DNA of 64,000 nucleotides, from contig CM069147.1 in the NCBI GenBank assembly GCA_035221665.1, positions 25,358,001-25,422,000 on the forward strand, given 5' to 3'. The DNA comes from Okamejei kenojei (Eukaryota). The position numbers and the translations under genes were made by a program. The notes beneath the pieces were generated by a model. It saw nothing but the letters and a program-made list of their open reading frames with translations, did not search any database and was not told where the DNA came from. This document shows positions 61,995 to 64,000 of the stretch, piece by piece; position 1 is the stretch's first letter, and each line of letters opens with the position of its first letter.

Positions 61995-62555
61995 AACTGA
62001 ACATTGAAATTCTTACACTGCAGCTTCACGGACACGTTAGGTGCAACGGGAACAAAATTAAGCATACATTAGATCATTTGTTAATCTTCGTAAACTGAAC
62101 TATGATAGTGCAAAGGCCAAAGCAGTAGAGCTACTGGAGTAGTGGAAATTCGGTATTAATTTGGTATTGAGGTAGGTTTGTGGGTTAGGTTATGCAGGAT
62201 GGTTCAGGAATCTGATGGCCAATAGAGATAAACTGTTTCTGAGCCTGGAACCTGGGCCCTCATGCTCTTCTACCTTCATCCCGATGGTGCAAGTGAAATG
62301 TAAGCATGGCAATGGTGGTGTACGTCTTTGAATATGTTAGCTGTCTCTATGAAATACTCCTTCCTATAGCTCCATTCGATGTTGGGCAAGTCAGCACCCG
62401 TGAAGGACCGTGAAGGGCAATATCGACCACTTTCTGCAGCATCCTTCATTCTCGAGCGTTCAAACCTTACAGTAAATGGGAGATTGAGATTGCACTAGTG
62501 TTCAGGTTACAAAAGTCATGCGTGGAACAGATGACTGTTGGGACTCCTTTGCTTT
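61995..62555 (+). repeat. Direct repeat copy 2 (561 bp)
   Basis: Matches 60021-60576. Confidence 0.95.
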
Positions 62556-63474
62556 CTGTCCTCATTTTTTCCTTCTTTTAATTGGCACATTGTTTCTGAT
62601 TGTTTGGCGATCTTCCCATGATGTAATCAAAGAACATCTCCTCAAGACTACCGTTTGCCAAATTGACCTCGCCAATTTATTTGGAGATACAACTATCCAA
62701 GATTGATGTAATTCTTCCATTATAACTATGATATGATAAATAATATCATGAAAATTACTGAGACCCCACAGCTGCTTTGGAAAGAAAATTCCAAAGGTAA
62801 CAAGCTTTTGCATTACAACCTATTCAGCTGAGTGCTAAACTACTTACTTCTTATTATGGGTCTTTAGGTCCTAGCATATTGATGCAATCACAAAGAAAGT
62901 CTAACAACGCCTCTAGTTCCCCAAATTGAGGAGATTCGGCGTATCGGCGAGTACCCTCTCGAATGCCCACAGGTCTGCAATCGAAGGCATACTATTGGTT
63001 GCGTTACTTACTGGTTCAGTGAAGTGGACGTCCCCAAATTTAGGAGGCAATGGTGAGTGCGATCTACAAGAAGCGATGTCTCAACAAGACAGTTAATATT
63101 ATTAAAGAACCACACGACTCTTGGTACGCTCCCACGCTCCCATCTTGCTGCTACTACTGGGATGAAGATATCAGAGGCGGAGAACCGTGTCTATTAAGTA
63201 AAGGTTCGTCCTATTAAATAACACTGTTGATCGGTGTGCAATGTTGTGATTGGGTGTTCCAATTTTAGGCACACATTTCTCCCACTTCCCGGCCCACACA
63301 CTACCTCCTCCACGCTCCCCGTTCTCTTCCACCTTTCCTTCGCCTTCACATTTACGGGCCAGCAGCCGGTAATGCCTATCAAGGGGGGGAGGGGGGGAGA
63401 TGGGAAAATCCGTTTCCTGCAGAAGCGGGAGAGATCCAATTATGAACTATCCGACAGATGTAGGGATAATGCAT

Positions 63475-64000
63475 TCATAGAAAATAGGTGCAGGAGGAGG
63501 CCATTCGGCCCTTCGAGCCAGCACTGCCATTCAATATGATCATGGCTGATCGTCCGCTATCATTAACCCGTGCCTGCCTTCTCCCCATATCCCTTGACTC
63601 CACTAGCCCCTAGAGCTCTATCCAACTCTCTCTTAAATCCATCCAGTGATTTGGCTTCCACTGCCCTCAGTGGCAGGGAATTCCATAAATTCACAACTCT
63701 CTGGGTAAAAAAGTTTTTTCTCACCTCAGTCTTAAATGACCTCCCCTTTATTCTAAGACTGTGGCCCCTGGTTCTGGACTCACCCAACATTGGGAACATT
63801 TTTCCGGCACCTACTTGTCCAATCCTTTCTATAAGATACCCCCTCATCCTTCTAAACTCAAGCGAATACAAGCCTAGTCTTTTCAATGTTTCCTCATATG
63901 ACAGTCCCGCCATCCCAGGGATCAATCTCGTGAACCTACGCTGCACAGCCTCAAACACAAGGATGTCCTTCCTCAAATTAGGAGACCAAAACTGTACTCA
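63475..64000 (-). mobile_element. CR1 3' portion, runs off the window end
   Basis: ORF 63563-63976; CR1 3' UTR. Confidence 0.92.

Overview
Vertebrate genomic DNA. The repeat content (HE1-type V-SINEs, shark/ray-type CR1 LINEs, Penelope-derived palindromic repeats) points to an elasmobranch, probably a skate or ray; this is an inference. One host gene can be reconstructed by hand on the + strand (15117-57811, 8 exons, all junctions GT-AG and phase-compatible, 370 aa). It has a leader, one germline-joined VJ-type Ig domain, a C1-set Ig domain, an uncharged transmembrane helix, and a tyrosine-motif tail built from two duplicated 111-bp exons. It therefore looks like a non-rearranging, antigen-receptor-like, probably inhibitory or switch receptor. 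Its TM and cytoplasmic exons are not in the ORF track. The rest is mostly transposons: five DIRS1-type tyrosine-recombinase retrotransposons (all minus strand, all bounded by AAT, one nested in another), many CR1 fragments, an L2, an L1 with a ~556-bp flanking duplication, a Tc1, a probable Helitron, Rex/Babar remnants, and Penelope-derived repeats carrying minimal hammerhead-ribozyme cores. There are two assembly gaps. All analysis was by eye, with no database searches.
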